A stretch of DNA of 64,000 bases from Anthoceros angustus (Eukaryota; Plantae; Anthocerotophyta): assembly GCA_010909165.1 (NCBI GenBank), contig MU008173.1, positions 806,001 through 870,000 of the forward strand. The letters are read 5' to 3'. The notes beneath the pieces were generated by a model, which was not told the origin of the DNA, did no database searches, and was given only the letters and a program-made list of their open reading frames with translations. Within the stretch, counting starts at the first letter, position 1, and each line of letters opens with the position of its first letter. The translations under genes were made by a program, and so were the position numbers. Below are positions 37,763 to 50,500 of this stretch, piece after piece.

Positions 37763-38801
37763 TGTGTCCTATCTTCGACCTCTTCCCTCAATTATTTTTT
37801 CACTCAGGTGTTGCGCTAAAAGTGCGACGCCTTGCTCAATAATGGTCTTGTTTGCTTCTCGCTCGCAAGAGATTCCACAGATCTGTCGGCTGCTCAAGTC
37901 GGACCTCTGAGACCACTGGTGGTCTTCAATTTAGCAGTCAATCATTAGCTTTGGAGTGGATTTCTGGGTTCCATCTGGAGAGCTCTGCAGGACTTGTCTC
38001 TCTGGAGCAAGCGTGATCGACCATGTTGAAGTGAAGATGGTCTGTGATTTGCTCGCACAGGGCCAGCTTTGTGCTCTAAAGCCAATCCAGCGGTCTGTGG
38101 GGGTGTATTTTTATATAGGTATAGGTGGGAAATTCGTCTACCTTGCAGTTGAGGTTTCCAGTTGGCATGTGGATCTTTGGCCGAAGATCCATCGTCATAG
38201 GCGCCTCGTTTTCATCATTATTTCACCCATCAGTGCTCAAGATGGGGTGTGAACATTAGTAGGCTTTTAGTGTTCGCGGTGGCTGACGTACCTAGTCTCC
38301 AACGCCATTACTGTCAGGCATGGCTTTTAATTGAATAGCGCCCCATTACAGGCCCAACATTGTTACTGTCGGTGCACGCTAAATCGGCAATCGACCAGTC
38401 ACGTCTGATTCGTGGTCTCTCTTGCTGGTTGGTCAGTCCAGTCTTTCGTCTTGCATGGCACGGGTGTCGTGAACGTCGCCCCAGAATGCCCTCCTGTTTT
38501 GGATAGAGCAAGTGGGGTCATCTCGCCGTCCATTGGCCATTTCTTAACCTGAGGCCGAGCTTCGGCCACAGGAGGCTAACTCTGGTTAACGGTGAGGAGG
38601 AACGGTCCATCGCATTGGTTTTCCGCCAGGAACGGATTGATCGACAACCGCCGGCAAACTGGTGGGTCTCGCCAGGGAAATGCAGCAACACGAGGCACGT
38701 TGAGGAAGGCGGAAGCAGGAATTGTGAATGTGATGGACAAGGGAAGAAAGGCTGGAACCGAAATTGGGCAGAAGCAGCTATGACAGGTCTGTGGAGGCCC
38801 C

Positions 38802-40176
38802 ATGGCTGTGCATACTTTGCCATGGCAGTCGCAGGGGCCTCCGCAATCTCCTGCCGTGATCAGGAGAGAGATGCATATGGGCAGTGAGGGGGGAAGCAGC
38901 AGTTGTGTAGCGCATTTGCATTTGTATTTGCAGCGCAGAATCCGGAGAAGCAGATGGCACAAACTCTGCTCCTGGGAATTCGTTAGGGCCAGGAACCAAC
39001 TGTGTAGTAGGAGGAGAGGGCAATTCGTTGTGGTGAGTCCTGTGAGCTGTTTCTGCTTGAAGGCTCCTGGTGCAAGGGACCTGCGACTAACAACCGTTAC
39101 GGTTTGTGTTTTTGAAGGGGGCAAGGTTGTTTGATCCGGAGGATTTTGATCCTTCCAAACTAACCGTTTCGTTTGAGGATGACTCCAGCTCGGTGGACGT
39201 GTTGCACCCGGGCCAGTTGCTGCCCAGGACTTACACTCTGACCCACAGTGACGTCACTGGTGAGCTGCAGCTATCAATTGGTCCATGTTACAACCAGACT
39301 CAGGTATTTGTGGCGATGGCAACTCCACCTCCAGCTCAACGTGGGGAGTCTTGCAGGGCCAGCCTGAATATCTGCCTCTCTGTCATTCTTGCAGCTGGAT
39401 GGATGGTATACGCGGTTGATGAGGGATGAGATTGTGGCGGACTGGTCATCGATGAATGGTCGATTTTCTCTGCACATCCACTGTCACATTAGTGGAGGAC
39501 ACCATCTGCTGGCCCCAGCTGCCTTGCGCAATCGCATATTTCAGCGAGAGATGCCTCTGGTTCGTGATGAAACGATGTTGCTGACGCCGAACAGGTTGTT
39601 TTGTGGAGTCAATATGGCTATGCGGTTTTACTTATCAGCGGCTTGCAGGTTCTGCAAGCAATTCGCTTCGGTGATGGAGCTTTGTTTGTCAGGCATCCAG
39701 GTACTAACAACCGATTGTAACATTAGTTACTCACTCCTTGCTTTTCGTCTCTCCGTGTGTCGTTTTGTGCTGTAAGGCAGGCTTATGTTTCTCCTCGCTT
39801 GCTGTCCGCAGAGCTAGATGCCAGCACTGTATGGGTACACTTCCATTCTGACCACGACCAGACCTTTGACAGAGCAGACTGCTGGGGTCCTCTTTTCTAT
39901 GCTGCTGTTGCGGACAGGTTGAAAACCGGCGGTGCTCAACCACTTCTGTTGCCAGCTTCGGCCACCGGGAGGACTGAGACAAGTCAGAATGAAGCAGCTC
40001 AGCATGGAAGGAGGAGTGCATCAGTGCACGTAGTTGATGATGGGACACTCGGGCACCTTACTAGGTATCTACGGTTGGCTGCCGTTAGCTCCGAAAAGCC
40101 AGCGACCATACTCTTCGCAGCTATGGTGGGTTTTTCGACCTTGATCATGTTCCAAGTACTACCTGTTATCCAGTGA
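38802..40176 (+). CDS. SGR: Stay-green family Mg-dechelatase (SGR/SGRL-like)
   Basis: PRTYTLTHSDVTGELQLSIG, GWYTRLMRDEIVADW, LHIHCHISGGH, IFQREMPLVLQAIRFGD, VWVHFHS, CWGPL. Confidence 0.9.
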
Positions 40177-40604
40177 CAATCTTGTCCCTCTTATCACTTC
40201 GATATCGCTAGCTGAGTACGACCTACGTACAGTTGCATCAGGACGGACAAGACAGGAAATGCTTGGTTACAATTTCACGTCCCACATCAAAACATAGAGC
40301 GGGCGAGCAATTGAGGCCGCACAGTTCATCCAACACAAGCTGTTGCGTAGAAGACAACGGCAATATCCCGCACGGTGCCCATTACCGAAGGTTTCGTCAC
40401 TGAATGACACTCCACAATTTGCAACGAAGCAGAATACTGCCACTTGGAAAGCTACCATCGATTGGGATTGAAAACATTTCTAAGCTTCCAACGTTTATCA
40501 CTTTCACCTGTGGTTATCACCAATGAAGGCAACGTATATTTTCAGATGTGAATAATACATATAAGTGTATTAGGTCTCATGGCACACCGATCACAACCGC
40601 TTTC

Positions 40605-43082
40605 TCATGTTCTGTGGTCGTCGACATCTTCAGAGGGCTCACTGCCACTCTCCAGCTGAAACAACAAAGCATCTCCGACCTGTTGTTGCCACTGTTGCTT
40701 GAGTTCGATAAGCGCATTACCGGCGGCCGTAGCAACTGCTGGGTTGGTATCCTCCGCGAGTCTCTGGTGCACGACAGCCAGGTCATTACGACGATGCACA
40801 AAATGCGGTATTCAAAAAGTGATGCAGATAGTTCAGGAGAAACCTGAAGGGCCCCCATGCCGGCATTCCCAAGATTCCATAGTGATGGCGCCCCTGCTAG
40901 CGCCTCTGCCAAAGCACGCCTACACCCAACCCATACTCTTGTCAGGCCTCAACAGGACGCACCCAAAACCGTAGGAGCTGATCCACACGATTTTGTGAAT
41001 CAGCTGCAAGTGTGGATCTTTCGTTTCAAAAACCTTGAGGTCTACCTTGTGGCCACATCAGGAGAGCTAGCACACTCAGCAAGCAAAGATGCGCCACTGC
41101 CACCATCCACTTCATTCATGTCCAGGAGTGCTGCGACAATGAATTCTATCTGTTCAAGACACACAATTCTGTTCATGCGGGTTTCAACTGAAAATGACAG
41201 TTGAAGAAGAGAACCCATGACAGCTACTACCTCCTCAGGATCCTTAAGTTGACTCCCATTGGCTTTTGCCAAAGACGCTGCCATGGCCCAATAAGCATCC
41301 TGCTCACAAACCAAATTCAGCGTCACTCAGCACAACAGTCCAGTTCATGCGAATTACATCAGTAGTCTAGCAGTCTCGGCGCCAGACTTCAACCTCCATT
41401 GCAGCCAGACGTTCAGTGACGGTTCCCTCAAGATATTTTGGACTTGTCTCAAACCTACTTTCGGCATCCATGCTAACAGGAGAGCCTCCCGTTTCGGCAG
41501 CCTGAAACTCTGCCTGTTTCTCGGACTCTCTGCAGAGGCTACCGACTGTCAAGAGAAAGCCCAAAGTTTGGACGAGGACAAAAAGCAGGGTTAGGGAAGA
41601 TGGGCATTTTCCGGTAAAGGACGACTCACCTCAGCTGGACACTTCGAATAAGCGCTTTGTGTACATTCTTCATAGCCTACAAGCAGACATACATAACAGT
41701 TCGCGTCTGCGTCCTACATTGTGACTGCAACCAACTGCTAGAAGAAGAGAAGAAAGGGCACCTCTACTGCTACGAAGGCATCCTCCATGGCCCGCCGACG
41801 AGCTCGAAGATCTGCTAGGCGGAGGTCAGCCTGTCATGCACAATCAAAGGGGTGACACCTCATCCTTACACTCACACCTCTTCATTCCTGTCAGGTGTGC
41901 ATGCCAGGGACTAATTCTTACACCTCAAAGTTGTTAGCAGACCTCCTGATATCCAAGCCGTACAAAGACGCAAATATTAACGACCCAAAAGCACGCAAGT
42001 AACCAACACAACATGCTGAACACGTGGATCCGCTGGTCTAGGGGCTCACGTCTAAGGCCCCGGCACTCCAATGCTCCTCAGCAGCAGTTACAATTTCTGA
42101 CCGTGCAACTTCCTCAAATCCCTGCTAGTAAGACAACTGCATATATCAGATTCCAAGCGTGCAACTTCCTCAAGTCCCTGATAATAAAACAACTGCATAA
42201 ACCAGGGCAAGCTTTGTGTAGATACACTGCTTTTGTACAAGGAGACACACATTCTTGCTCAACTATGAAAACATCTGCATGCATCAAGGGTCAGGGTGTA
42301 GATCAACTGCCACTGTAAAAGGAGACACCAACCATTGCTATGTGGCGTAGACGAGCTACTTTGCTGCGGGCATCCATATCAAGTTTCTCTGCATCTTCTC
42401 TTGCCCTGGCTACTCAAAAGGAGAACAACCTTGAGTAAAACATACCAAACCGAACACTTGCAACGTCAAATGTGACAAGATAGTGCGCAATGTACCATCG
42501 AGCTTCAGAAATTTGGAGCCAAGCAAGGCAACGTCCTGCCTGGCCCTCGAATCCAACCTCATGATCTCACTGTAGAAGAAAGAGCGGCAATCAGAATCTC
42601 AGATATTCAGCTGCCAGAACAAGCTCCTAGTATGGAGAGAAGAGTTACCGGATGAAAATGTCCACATCACTACGAGCCCGCTCGTCAAGGTTCTGAGCGG
42701 CCTCACTCACAAGCATGGCGTCTTTGCACACACAACGGGCAGCCTGGGCCAGTGCACCACGTGGTGGTAAATTCGACCGGAGAAACCTGCACCTGTGTTT
42801 CTGAGACGAAGCGTCCCTCCCTCCGCTCCCCTCGCCTATGCTGTGAGAGTCATTGGACAGTTCAGCCCAAGGACCGGGTACACAACGCAAGTCGGAGACA
42901 TGCGACCTGTCGCCGGACGGCTGCTGCGGTAGGAAGGAATTTTCCCAATCGCAAGACCTCTTCCCAGCGCTCCTGGATGGAGATATCAAGCGTGCCACTC
43001 CCTGCCGGCGAATGCCAGTGGAGCAACCTGAGGTGGAGGCAACAGCCGCTGCGGAGCTCAAGGACTGGATGGATTGAGCCAT
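40605..43082 (-). CDS. Chloroplast senescence-associated protein AAF/OSA15-like
   Basis: RARQDVALLGSKFLKLDARAREDAEKLD, HWSAGALDADLRLADLRARRRAMEDA, SLLAECASSPDVATR, APSLWNLGNAGMGALQRLAEDTNPAVA. Confidence 0.85.
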
Positions 43083-43604
43083 TTTGCTTCACCACCCTTG
43101 ACGTGAAAATCAGGCGACCTCAGCCGTCACACCGACATCGAAGCAGCAGCAACGTCTGGGCAGCTGATTCGACCATGGTCACCCTCGGCCGGTCTCGGAC
43201 TGTTTGGTCCCAAGCCTTCCCTCAGTGATGCGTCACAAGAGACGCCATGGGCGCTCTGCTGCCGCGGAAGAGACGCGGTCAGCAATCTGGGCCAGAAGAA
43301 ACGTCACTTGAGAGCCCACACACCCCGAGCAGACACGTATCTGTGGTGAAGATGCAAGATTCAATGATAATCGGAAGGAGATTTTTCGCGAAGTGATGAT
43401 CGGGATCCGGGTCCGCCGCATCTTCCACGCGGCGCATTTCACAGCGCAGCCTCTCCTCCTGCTGCGCACCGTCCATTGCTGATTCGGATGTCAGACGCAG
43501 AAGGTGGAAACCTTAAATATAGCTTACACGAATTGTGATATACACTTGGGCCATGACCTGTACCTACAGAGACACATTCTGAAGTCTCTGATTTCCTACT
43601 GAAG

Positions 43605-45563
43605 CTAAAGTTGCCAGTCTTGAAACTCGTCCTTGCTCAGTAAAAACGAGCTTGCCTTCAGGTGACCTCCGCCTCCATACGCCTGCAACAGAATTCCAAT
43701 CGGTGAGACACGGGATCTTCCAGGCCGACACAAGAGTTCAAACAAACAGAATTTGCGGTACGATACTCTGCTGTGAAAAGGAAGGTTTCATCGCATCAAG
43801 CATCGTTCCAGCACCTCTTGGTGATCTGACTGACCAATCACATGGAAACTGGTTCACAATACAGGTTGCATCGCATCCGTATCACAGAACACAACATGTG
43901 ACAGGCTAATTTGCCACCTTCGTAGAGAAGACTAGGATGGGCAGCGACATATGCACCAAAAGAAAGGTGAAAGACACAAGAAAAGGTCAGACTTGAGCAC
44001 CGAGGCAGCCAGCACACCAAGTGCGTAACTCAGACCTGAGATATTCTCGTCGTATCAGCCGCTTCTGAGAGACTTCTAAGGCTAATCTTCAGGATCCTGT
44101 TGTCATCTAGCGCGGGTTCTATGTAGACTACTGCTCCGACTGGTCTGCAGTCACAATAATTGATTAACACCACGACGAAGAATGCGGTAGTCATAGGCAT
44201 GATAGGGGCGGATTGCATAGCGGCACGAGGTAACTCACAGCAGGCCCGCTTCTCGGCTTTTTGCAGCAAGTTGATTCCCAAGTTCACTTCGAAGATGTGC
44301 AATGCTATCTGCTCTCACACCCTGGCAAACAACCATCGAAGAGAACTTTAAATGTAAAACATGGACATTGAGGCCGCACCTCAGCCCACTCTCACACAGT
44401 TTAACACAAACGATCGACTTACGAGGCAAGTACCAAACTTTCCTCCCCCCAGTTTCAGCTCAAAAGAACTTTGAAGTGCTCGATCAATAAGCCGCTGCTT
44501 CACTCGTAGGCTTTCCTTCCCACCAGATATCACATCTTCCGGGACCAAAGCCAGCAGCTGAGACAAGAAAATACGCAGCCACAACTTTAGATCTCACAAC
44601 ATGCTTGCTATCTCACGTCCACAACTCATTGGCCAGGGGAATCGTGTAGCTCACCTGATCGAAAACCTTAGGATTCACTGACGCATTGAATTCAATGGAC
44701 AGATCCTTGATACCGCTGCTAAAAGCCTTGCTGTTTGGTAAATTCCACCGCCATAAATCCGCGTCTTCGATGTACCTGAAAAGATTTTCGACACGCTCAA
44801 GGTCCCTGTCCGGCAAGAGGGCTTTTGCCCCCAAAAACCCATCTGACAGGGCTGCAGCTCCGCTACCCGAGCTCCGTCGTGAAAGCTTCTCTGTGAAGTA
44901 GTCATAAGAAATTGTTGCCCCGCTCCTATTCATGTCCAGCAAGCAGAGGAGGTTCTCGGGACCCTCGCCCGCGCTTGGAAGGAGGTCCAGTGCGGTTTTG
45001 TGGTGGTCGAGAACGACGACTCTGCACTGCACGTAGACAATGACAGTCACAACCTGCCACACACAACCCTGAGACAACGACTGCAAAAGCCTGCAGCAGC
45101 CGCTTACTCCTTAACCCGCTGCGCGAGCTCCACTGCAAAACCCTGGTGCCCGGCAAAGTCGAGAAGGTAAACCACATCCACATCTTGCAAGGCAAGGTCC
45201 TTCACCCTGCCAATTGCACACCACGCCCCGAAGACCTCAGACCTGGAAACCCTCGAGGAGCCTCAGAACAGCACGCCGAGGACAGAAACAACACCTCAAA
45301 GGACTGAACACTGTATTGGGATAGAAGACGACGGGATAGCCGACAGCTTTGTGATACAGGTGTGCCGCCAGAGCTGCAAACACTCCGTCCGGGCACGGAT
45401 AGTGATACACAACAGCAGCTCCTCCCATCGATAGGCTGTTACACTCGGCCTGGAAGAGAGATAACATAGTCTGCTGCACCTTGAAGCTTTCCCGAGGAGG
45501 TCGTGCTCTGAAGAAAATCTGAGACAGAGGCAATCCACGCGGCAGCAGCAATGGCGCTGCCAT
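43605..45563 (-). CDS. DHH/DHHA1-family phosphoesterase (alternative start 45653)
   Basis: YHYPCPDGVFAA, LDFAG, VLDHHKTA, DMNRSGA, YIEDADLWRW, KISLRS, AYGGGGHLKASSF. Confidence 0.88.
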
Positions 45564-45798
45564 AAGGCGGTATCCGGTTGAAGAAGAAGGAATTCTCGAT
45601 AAGGAAATCCCGATTAGGGTTGCGTTCCCGCGCTCGTAGCGCCTGGCTTCCATGTCGACGCCATCGCCGCGTTAGGTCTACATATTCGTGTGTTGCGAAT
45701 AAGTAGCTGGCTCGTACCGATCACGTAATGAAATCCTGGAGTTGACGACGTTCACGCCTATCCCCCAGTTTCATCTCTCTCCTCTCGCTTCCGCCAGG

Positions 45799-46521
45799 AT
45801 GAGCTACCTGCTACCCTCGCTCCGATCCAAGGACGAGGTGGATGAGTGCATTCGCAACACCATAGACAAGGTTCTGGTGCTGCGCTTTGGCAGAGCTACC
45901 GATGATGTGTGCATGCAGCTGGATGAAATTGTGAGTTTCGCTCTCTCCTCAAACTGGCCTTGCCTTGAGAAAGTGCGCCGATCTAAGGGCTGTCCTTCTA
46001 ACAGCTTGCCAAGTCAGTGCGTGATGTATCGAAGTTTGCTTCCATAGCCCTTGTGGATGTGGATGCGGAAGGGATCCAGGTCTACGTCAGGTATTTCGAT
46101 ATCAGCCTCATTCCGGCTACAATATTCTTCTTCAACGCAGAGCATATGAAGATGGACTCCGGGTGTGCTGAGTTGCCTTCTGAATTGCAAAATTTGAGCT
46201 CAGAAATGTGGTGGCACTTCGGGGCTAAAGTCTAATTGGACCCGGGGTACAGGACTCCCGATCACACGAAGTGGGTCGGAGCATTTCAAACCAAGCAAGA
46301 CTTCATCGATGTTTTAGAGGTAGGGCTTTCTGGTCCACACTCTGTACTCCAGTCACCGTAACTTGTGGCACTGCACTCTCAGCCTGCGCTCAGCCTGTGT
46401 TTCTGAATTTTGTCTGCGGCAGACGATTTTCAGGGGTGCTATGAAGGGGAAGTTGATCGTTACGTGTCCACTGTCATCTGAAAAGATCCCCAAGTTTGAA
46501 CTTCTGTTCAGAGAGTTCTGA
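45799..46521 (+). CDS. TXNL4B: Thioredoxin-like protein 4B (DIM1B/Dim2)
   Basis: MSYLLPSL...KVLVLRFGR...CMQLDEIL...FFFNAEHMKMDSGTPDHTKWVGAF...FRGAMKGKLIVTCP. Confidence 0.93.
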
Positions 46522-47565
46522 GCAGAACATACATGCATACGGAGATAAAGCACGATCATCATTACCAACTTGGTGGTCTCTTGCCTAATAATTCGTCGTC
46601 GCCTATCCGTTGCCTATCATCACAAAGGTGTACATAATTGCCAAGCGTGCGGAACTCTCGGGAGTGAGAACTTGCCGTCGCTTATCCATCTCAAAGGTGT
46701 AATTGCCAAGAGTACGGGACTCTCCTCCCGACACCAGCCCGCCCGCAGAACCCGACCGGCCCGCCCGGTTGCCGGTTCCGGTTCCGGTTCCGGTTCTCGG
46801 TGTCCGCACCATTACCATGCTGCTTCCATGTCTCCGCCACACCATGCCCATCAGCGACCAAACGATATACCATACGATGCTTCTATGTCTTTGCCATACC
46901 ATGCCCATCAGCTCCATATCAGAGCCTCCGTCCACTTGGCAGTTACACCTTTGTGGTGGAAAGGCGACGACATTCTTCCTCGGAAGAGCAAAATCATTTC
47001 ATTACTGTATCAATAGATTACATATTCCATAACTGAAGCATAACTTCTTCCACAGGCTACTTTTCCACTTTGTTCACGAGATGCAACTCTCACCTAGATG
47101 ATGCAGAATCGCTAGGAGTGGCCTCGTGCGTGTGAGCGGTCATTATCCGGCCAGCCCTCTACCTCCTCATAGGGATGTATGGCTTCTTCGCCTTGCCTTC
47201 AGTTCTATATCAAATGTAGTGGCCGCTGAGATCCAACGAGACACTTAGTCATCATCCGGCCAGCCCTCTACCTCTAGTGCTTGACTAGGTCCGTAGCCAT
47301 CAGCTACAAGACTGGGTAAATCACGGCTGCCATCAAAATCCCTTCCTCACAAATTATGGAGGGGCTGATTTTGAACTCAGCCTGTCTCTCCCAATTTGCT
47401 CGGTCCTAAATAACAACAGTAGAAGAACCAAGTTCTGCCACACTGACAACTCTAGGTGTCCAAAGAGCGCCACCCTACCGTTTGACATCCTGCAGATCAT
47501 CGGAGAGCTGAGTCTACTGCACGTTCTCAACCAGCTTTGGGAAGCCACAGTAGGCATCTCCTCCT

Positions 47566-50500
47566 TCAGGCAAACTTCGTGCTATACAGCCGCTTTAGGC
47601 CAGGACAAACAGCTCGCATCCTTTCTGCAGCAACCTCAGAGATCTGTTCACCAGCAAATTCTCCGTTAGGAATAATATGCGCCAGTTTGTCACACAGGGT
47701 AGCCGATAATCATCGTCAGTCAAAAAGTGATAGTCTGAAGCGACTTGCCTTGGGGCAGTTTCTAACATCCAAAGTCTCCAGCAGGATGCATGCCTTCATG
47801 GCAGTTTCCAAAACCCAAGGTTCAATGCTGCAGGCCTGCAGGAGGACAGCATCTTCAGGACACCTACTTCAACTGTACTCCTAACCCATCTCTCAATACA
47901 GAGCCTTGACAATCCAGATGGCAACAGTTGATAGGCGATACCTGAAGGTCCAATTTGGTCAGTCGAGGGCATTCAAGCTCCAGCTGAACCAACTGCACAC
48001 AATTGCTGAAGGAAATGTTGCCAGGTTTAGAAGAAAAAAAAAAAGGACTGCAGTGCAAGTAATCCTAGACCCAAACTCACCTTAACTTAAGTGATGTCAA
48101 GTTTGAACAGGCAAGATGAACCTCGCGGACACTGGTAAGCGAAAGGTCTATAGATGACAGATATGGGCATGCAGATGATCGCAGCAGATTGACCTCACGA
48201 ATATTTGGGCAACCCACACAATTTAATGTCTGCAGCAGCCTTACAGGAGATCCTGGGATTCTCATCTGCGAGGAGACCAGATCAAGCTCCTCCACCTTCT
48301 GCCCTGTGCCATCTTCAGAAGGACACTCAAATGTGTCGGTCACATACCCTCCACGCCCAGTTTTGACTGTCACAGAATCTCTTCGGTCCACAGCTAGGCC
48401 ATCAGTAGCAGCAGGGGTTCTAATGCCTGACGCCGAGGCTAGACCGTGTCCAGCCACTGCTTCCATACATGCAAGAGGAACCTCATTCATGACATCTACA
48501 GCCAGCACAGCTCTTGGGTTTTCGGCCTCCACAGAGAAGTCATAAAACCCATGACCACCAGAAGCAGCCTCATCACAGAGTGATGCATCCTCCATGCCCA
48601 CGTCTTCTGTAGGGGATGTAGTAATCATCACATCCTCAGAGATCAACCCTGTGCTGTGGGAAGTGCTATCAACTGGAGAAGCAGATAGCTGTGTCCAGAG
48701 AAAGTCTGTAATCTGAGAGCATCCGTTTAGACTAACATGCATCAACTGTGGGCAGTGAGCAAGGACCCCTTCAATTGCAGACCGTCCGAGGCTACCATAG
48801 GACAAGTCCAGTTCTCGCAGCTCAGGAAGAGCCCTTCCACCATGCAAAGCCTCTAAGGCGTTCTCACTAAGGTACTTGCAGGCATAAAGTATGAGCACCT
48901 ACAAGAATGAATCATAAATCAGTCAAGCAAGGTCCTTAGGAAACATGGGCTTGCAAACACCAAAGACAATTTCACTTGCAACTAAGGATTGCAAAGGTAA
49001 GGGACATACCTTTAGATGAGGACACGCTTCAAAGACAGGAGAGAGGTCAGTCAGGAATGTGTATGAGAGATCAAGTGTAGTCAAATGGTGTAATTCCCTC
49101 AGGGAAAGAAGGCCAGCAGCGCCCACCGATGGCCAAAATGACAAGACCAGCTCCTGAATCTCAGGACAGGCCCGTGCAGCAGCAGCCAAGCAATCATCAC
49201 CTAATTGACTGCAAGTAAGACGGAGTCAAAATTAAGAACGTGCTAATCTTCATAACCTCGTTCTTCATGACCCCAGGGCTATAACAAGTCCTTGCACGGC
49301 CCCTACAGACCCCCACAGGCCAATCTATGGATTGAAGTAAGGAAATACAGTAGCCAAACAAGAAAAAAGGAAATAATACCTGCAATAAGTAGCATCCAAT
49401 GATTGAAGTCGAGGGCAGCAGATTGTTGCTTGAGTCAAATCGCCACATCCTTTCAGATCCAAGTTCGTCATCTGTAATGCCTCGATCTCCAGCGTTGTAA
49501 GATGTGGACATATCCCCAGATTCAGTGACAGCAAGCCCACCTGGCACGACAAATATTTCTGCCACTATCAGCAAGTGTAGCTAAATGTGCGAATAAATGT
49601 AATAAGGCATTCATGAAAGCCTGAGATGCAGACTCCAAGGCCACAGAAGTTGGGTGGGGGGACTACTACCGGTGAAAACGTTGCAGACAACAAGTGGTCA
49701 CAACCCTCAAGTTGTAACTGCTGCAGAGCTGGACAGCCCAGCCGCAGACTGCACATGCCTCGACATCCAATCAGTGACAAGAGACGAAGCGAGGAGCTTG
49801 TTAGTGTCACATCCGTGAGGCCCTGCAACAAGGACACTGGTAAAGATGTATCCTGGATGCAAAAGACATACACCAATCAAACAGAGCCAAAAAAAGAAGC
49901 CAAAATTCTACCTCACAATTATCCAGTGTCAACGAGTTGAGGCTAGGGCACCCTCCACCATCACAGAAAATCTCACAGACAGAATTTGTCAGTGCTTCAC
50001 ACTCAGTCAAGTCGACGACCCGCAGCCACGGACAGTTGAGGGCTAAGTGGGACAGACCCTGCTGCCGTTTAAGGTTGAGCTTCTGAAGTCAAGGCACAAC
50101 AGAAAATCAAGCTCACAACTGCTGAGCTAAAAAAAACCTGTAACGCTGCAACAGAGCTGTTCTTATCCAACAGGAACCTCAAAGAATCCTACATGTAGAC
50201 TCACCTGCACAGAGTTTGAGGCCAAATCAATGCGGCTGAGGAGGGGACAATTGTCCAGATCAAGCTTTGTCAGTGCAGGGCTGCGAAGAGTCAACTCAGC
50301 AAACCTGAAAATCACAAGCTCGGAGTCAGAAAGCGGCTCAGTGATTCAGCCAGTACATCATCAGATAGTAAATAGCTCTTACTTGCGTGTATTTGTCAGG
50401 TTGATTGTGCTCAGCCGAGGAAGATCAAGGTTGACAGCAGTAAGAAAGCAGCAAAAGTCTAACTTCAGTGTCTGGAGAACAATGTAAGCCCACATGATTA

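Noticed and set aside
46570-47036. Overlapping ORFs with GTGTGT/PVPVPV repeats
   Set aside because: Driven by a (CCGGTT)n tract and a short duplication between convergent 3' ends
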